The notes beneath the pieces are model-generated. The model was not told the origin of the DNA. It was given only the letters and a program-made list of their open reading frames with translations, and did no database searches. From the IMG/VR virus record IMGVR_UViG_3300045988_159027: a stretch of DNA of 64,000 nucleotides; one strand, 5' to 3'. The DNA is from a virus. Made by a program: the position numbers and the translations under genes. Position 1 is the first letter of the stretch; each line of letters begins with the position of its first letter. Below are positions 61,799-64,000 of this stretch, piece by piece.

Positions 61799-62239
61799 AT
61801 GAATTGCAGCGAGAATTATTACGAGTTGATAGGCAGCATTGAAGCTTATCCGGACGACGCGGTTACGTTTTCCCGCCCGTTCAATATTGAGAAGAAAAGT
61901 GACAAACCTGATTTTTCTGTGTCGGGCGACCGTAAGATTTCCATTCAGATGAAACCGAAATCGGGGAGCCTGAAGGAGAGCGCGGAAACCAGCGTGGCCG
62001 GCGACTCTTACGAAGTGACGGTGAGTTGGGAGGTAGAGAGGGTGACGCAAGAAACCTATTTACAGCTTGAAACGCTGAAAAACAGCACTAACCATTTGAT
62101 TGTAAGAACATTTGGCGACGGTGAAATGTTTGTGCGTGCCGTGAGCGACGGTTATGAATTTCAGTATGAGGAAGGCGACGGCGTGATTTCGTGCACACTC
62201 ACCATCCGCAACGTGACCGGCGCACAGCGTGTGGTCTGA
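61799..62239 (+). CDS. hypothetical protein
   Basis: 146-aa ORF. Confidence 0.6.
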   Translation: MNCSENYYELIGSIEAYPDDAVTFSRPFNIEKKSDKPDFSVSGDRKISIQMKPKSGSLKESAETSVAGDSYEVTVSWEVERVTQETYLQLETLKNSTNHLIVRTFGDGEMFVRAVSDGYEFQYEEGDGVISCTLTIRNVTGAQRVV

Positions 62240-62282
62240 CATCTACACCTTATTATATATATTGCTTTTTTCTTTCCGTTGG

Positions 62283-62322
62283 AATGCCGTTCCTGCGTAC
62301 GTGTGTGGGGCGGCATTTTTTC
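62283..62322 (+). terminator. possible terminator
   Basis: AATGCCG ... CGGCATT followed by a T-run. The loop is long (21 nt). Confidence 0.35.
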
Positions 62323-62544
62323 TTTGGGCCTTTCTTTTTGTGCGCGTTTTTCTTTTGTCCTGCAGGTAAATCTTCATTATTGTATTTGTGACATTCTTCA
62401 ATTTCTTTGCGTCCGCCGCAAATTTCTTTTTTTCGCGCGAAGTCCGTGTGTTTTACAACATGCTCATTCTTAGCAGGTTTTTATTTGCGGAGAAAATCCG
62501 GCTTTCCATCCGGATAAATCTGTGATTCACGCGGTTAATCTTTC

Positions 62545-62585
62545 TTTTGTGTCCTTCATTACCGCTTCGCGCGTGCGTAATTTCG
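62545..62585 (+). promoter_or_regulatory. phage late-promoter motif, copy 7
   Basis: TTTTgt-GTCCTTCATT (62551-62560), N17, then TAATTTCG (62578-62585). Confidence 0.5.
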
Positions 62586-62614
62586 TGATGTAATCAATTA
62601 ATTATCAAACGAAA

Positions 62615-64000
62615 ATGGCAACAAGAGCATTTCACGAAATCATGTCTACGCGATTCTGGGACTTTTACCCCGAGTCTCTGCATGCTTACCGGAGAACGAT
62701 TCTTGACAACATTGCCTCACACCGTCCTTACAAGAAGCCGGACGAGCGGACCGACCGACCTTACTTCCTTTCTTCGCGCGACGGGTTTACGGAGAAAACC
62801 TACGTGGGTAATTACGACCGCATAACCTACTGGTACGATTTGGAAGAAGACGACCGCATCATTTCGGTTATCGACGTACAGGGCCCCATTCTTCGTAATG
62901 GCGACCTGTGTTCCTACGGAAGCAAGGAACACAAGGACATCATCATGCGTGCTTCTGACGATGCGCATACCATCGGATTTATTATCGAGATGGACAGCCC
63001 GGGCGGTAGCAGCATGGCGAAGTACGACTATGAGATGGCCCTCAACTACGCCCGATCAAAAGGGAAGAAGATTGTGGGTCACATCGACGGGATGTCCTGC
63101 AGTGCCGGTTATGCGCTGATGGCTCTGTGCGACGAAGTGTATTTCACCAATCCGCACGACACGGTGGGATGTATCGGTACTATGTGCGCGATGCTCACTA
63201 ACAAGGACGGCGATGTGAACACCGTGACTCAGGAACGGTACGCCGAGATTTACGCCGACGGATCTCCTTATAAGAACAAGGAGTACCGCGACGCGGCCGA
63301 GGGGAACTATGACGGCATCAAGGAAGAGCTGAACCGGCTTTGTGTCGATTTCCAGCAGATGGTACGCGAGCGCCGTCCCAGAGTGACGGACGACCAGCTG
63401 ACCGGAAAAACTTTTGATGCGGGCGATGTGGTGGGTACCATGGTCGACGGTCAGGGCGACTTCAAGTTCTGCGTGAACCGCGTGCAGCAGCTGGCCGGAG
63501 TGAGTCAGAGTCAGAAAGGAAATTCGTCCGGAGCCTCATGCGAAGACAGCAAATCGGCAGGAATCAAGGAAGAAAAGCAGCCGGGAACACAGGAACAGGC
63601 TTCTGTGGAGCAGCCGGCATCAGATAAAACAGAATCACAAACTCAAAAACAAGCAACTATGGCAAAAAGCTATCCATTTATTCAGTCGGCTGCAAAGGTA
63701 AACTCCCTGGTAGTCGAAGAAAACGGCGGTTTCTACATGGTGGAAACCATGGCGGACAATGTAGAAGAGTTCGTCATGAAAGCTAAACAGACGGAATCTA
63801 CGCTGGCTGCAAAACTCACGGAAGTAGAACAGCTTAACGCAACCATCGAACAGATGAAGAAAGACCATGCGGAAGCACTGGCCAACCTGAAAGCGGAACA
63901 CGAAAAAGAGGTTTCTTCATTGAAGGACGCTCATAAGAAGGAATCGGAAGAACTGACAGCGAAGCTGAATGAAGCTCAGAAGAGCATCGAACAGAAGGAT
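62615..64000 (+). CDS. S49 (SppA/ClpP-fold) prohead protease fused to a coiled-coil scaffold-like domain; 3' end outside window
   Basis: Not in the ORF track. Hand translation is open for 462 codons to the window end. Motifs GFIIEMDSPGGS and DGMSCSAGYALM are S49 signatures. The tail is Q/E/K-rich coiled coil. Confidence 0.8.
   Translation, partial: MATRAFHEIMSTRFWDFYPESLHAYRRTILDNIASHRPYKKPDERTDRPYFLSSRDGFTEKTYVGNYDRITYWYDLEEDDRIISVIDVQGPILRNGDLCSYGSKEHKDIIMRASDDAHTIGFIIEMDSPGGSSMAKYDYEMALNYARSKGKKIVGHIDGMSCSAGYALMALCDEVYFTNPHDTVGCIGTMCAMLTNKDGDVNTVTQERYAEIYADGSPYKNKEYRDAAEGNYDGIKEELNRLCVDFQQMVRERRPRVTDDQLTGKTFDAGDVVGTMVDGQGDFKFCVNRVQQLAGVSQSQKGNSSGASCEDSKSAGIKEEKQPGTQEQASVEQPASDKTESQTQKQATMAKSYPFIQSAAKVNSLVVEENGGFYMVETMADNVEEFVMKAKQTESTLAAKLTEVEQLNATIEQMKKDHAEALANLKAEHEKEVSSLKDAHKKESEELTAKLNEAQKSIEQKD

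Noticed and set aside
62345-62385. Possible eighth late-promoter copy, TTTTGTCCTgcaggtaaatCTTCATT.
   Set aside because: The 10-mer is interrupted by 10 nt, no TAnnTTTG lies at the right distance, and no gene follows. It is probably chance or a decayed copy.
1-64000. Genome-wide stop-codon reassignment (TGA or TAG recoding), as seen in some gut phages.
   Set aside because: TAA, TGA and TAG all terminate ORFs at positions that dovetail with the next start codon or with terminators. Only one in-frame TGA (52401) was seen, so at most there is a local event.
1-64000. tRNA, tmRNA or rRNA genes.
   Set aside because: I scanned the intergenic regions by eye for T-arm-like GGTTCGAATCC-type strings and cloverleaf-sized GC-rich islands and found none. 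A tRNAscan or Infernal run would be needed to be certain.

Overview
Nearly the whole window reads as one tailed-phage genome of Bacteroidales type. Supporting signs are the absence of Shine-Dalgarno sites, TAnnTTTG -7 boxes, and a lipoprotein with acidic residues right after the lipidated Cys. No database search was possible, so family names come from motifs I can see plus recall.

Layout, left to right:
- 3-791: a fimbrillin-like gene tail.
- 862-2665: a ParA / small RHH-like partition pair with an A/T iteron array.
- 3064-5065: small gene plus portal.
- 5255-12045 (minus strand): an AT-rich early operon of about 18 small genes, many Cys-rich or paralogous.
- 12199-20577: a late operon of virion and tail-fibre genes.
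- 20137-21083: a segment bounded by 17-bp perfect inverted repeats, next to a tyrosine recombinase (21134-22273).
- 22616-28150: a late operon with a holin-like gene and an Amidase_3 endolysin.
- 28371-29156: a lipoprotein moron.
- 29323-32839: an XRE repressor with a divergent switch region and Rha/KilAC-like genes.
- 33535-42582: tape measure plus two tail genes.
- 42571-43860 (minus strand): a 429-aa four-HTH regulator.
- 43998-59996: a long rightward early/replication operon with a LuxR-type HTH, primase-helicase, small methyltransferase and MazG-like gene.
- 60000-61045: a 1-kb gene-free structured region.
- 62615-64000: an S49 protease-scaffold fusion that runs off the window and is missing from the ORF track.

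Most interesting observations:
1. A shufflon-like invertible segment would swap, in frame, the C-terminus of the last tail-module protein.
2. A phage-specific late-promoter motif (T-tract-GTCCTTCATT-N17-TAACTTTG) is found seven times.
3. A dispersed 34-bp palindrome sits at three control regions.
4. Together with the partition cassette, these give a P1-like phage-plasmid architecture.
5. Three early genes are interrupted: one at a 21-bp perfect palindrome, one by an in-frame TGA, one by a 1-nt frame break.

No rRNA, tRNA, CRISPR array, reverse transcriptase or terminase was recognised.
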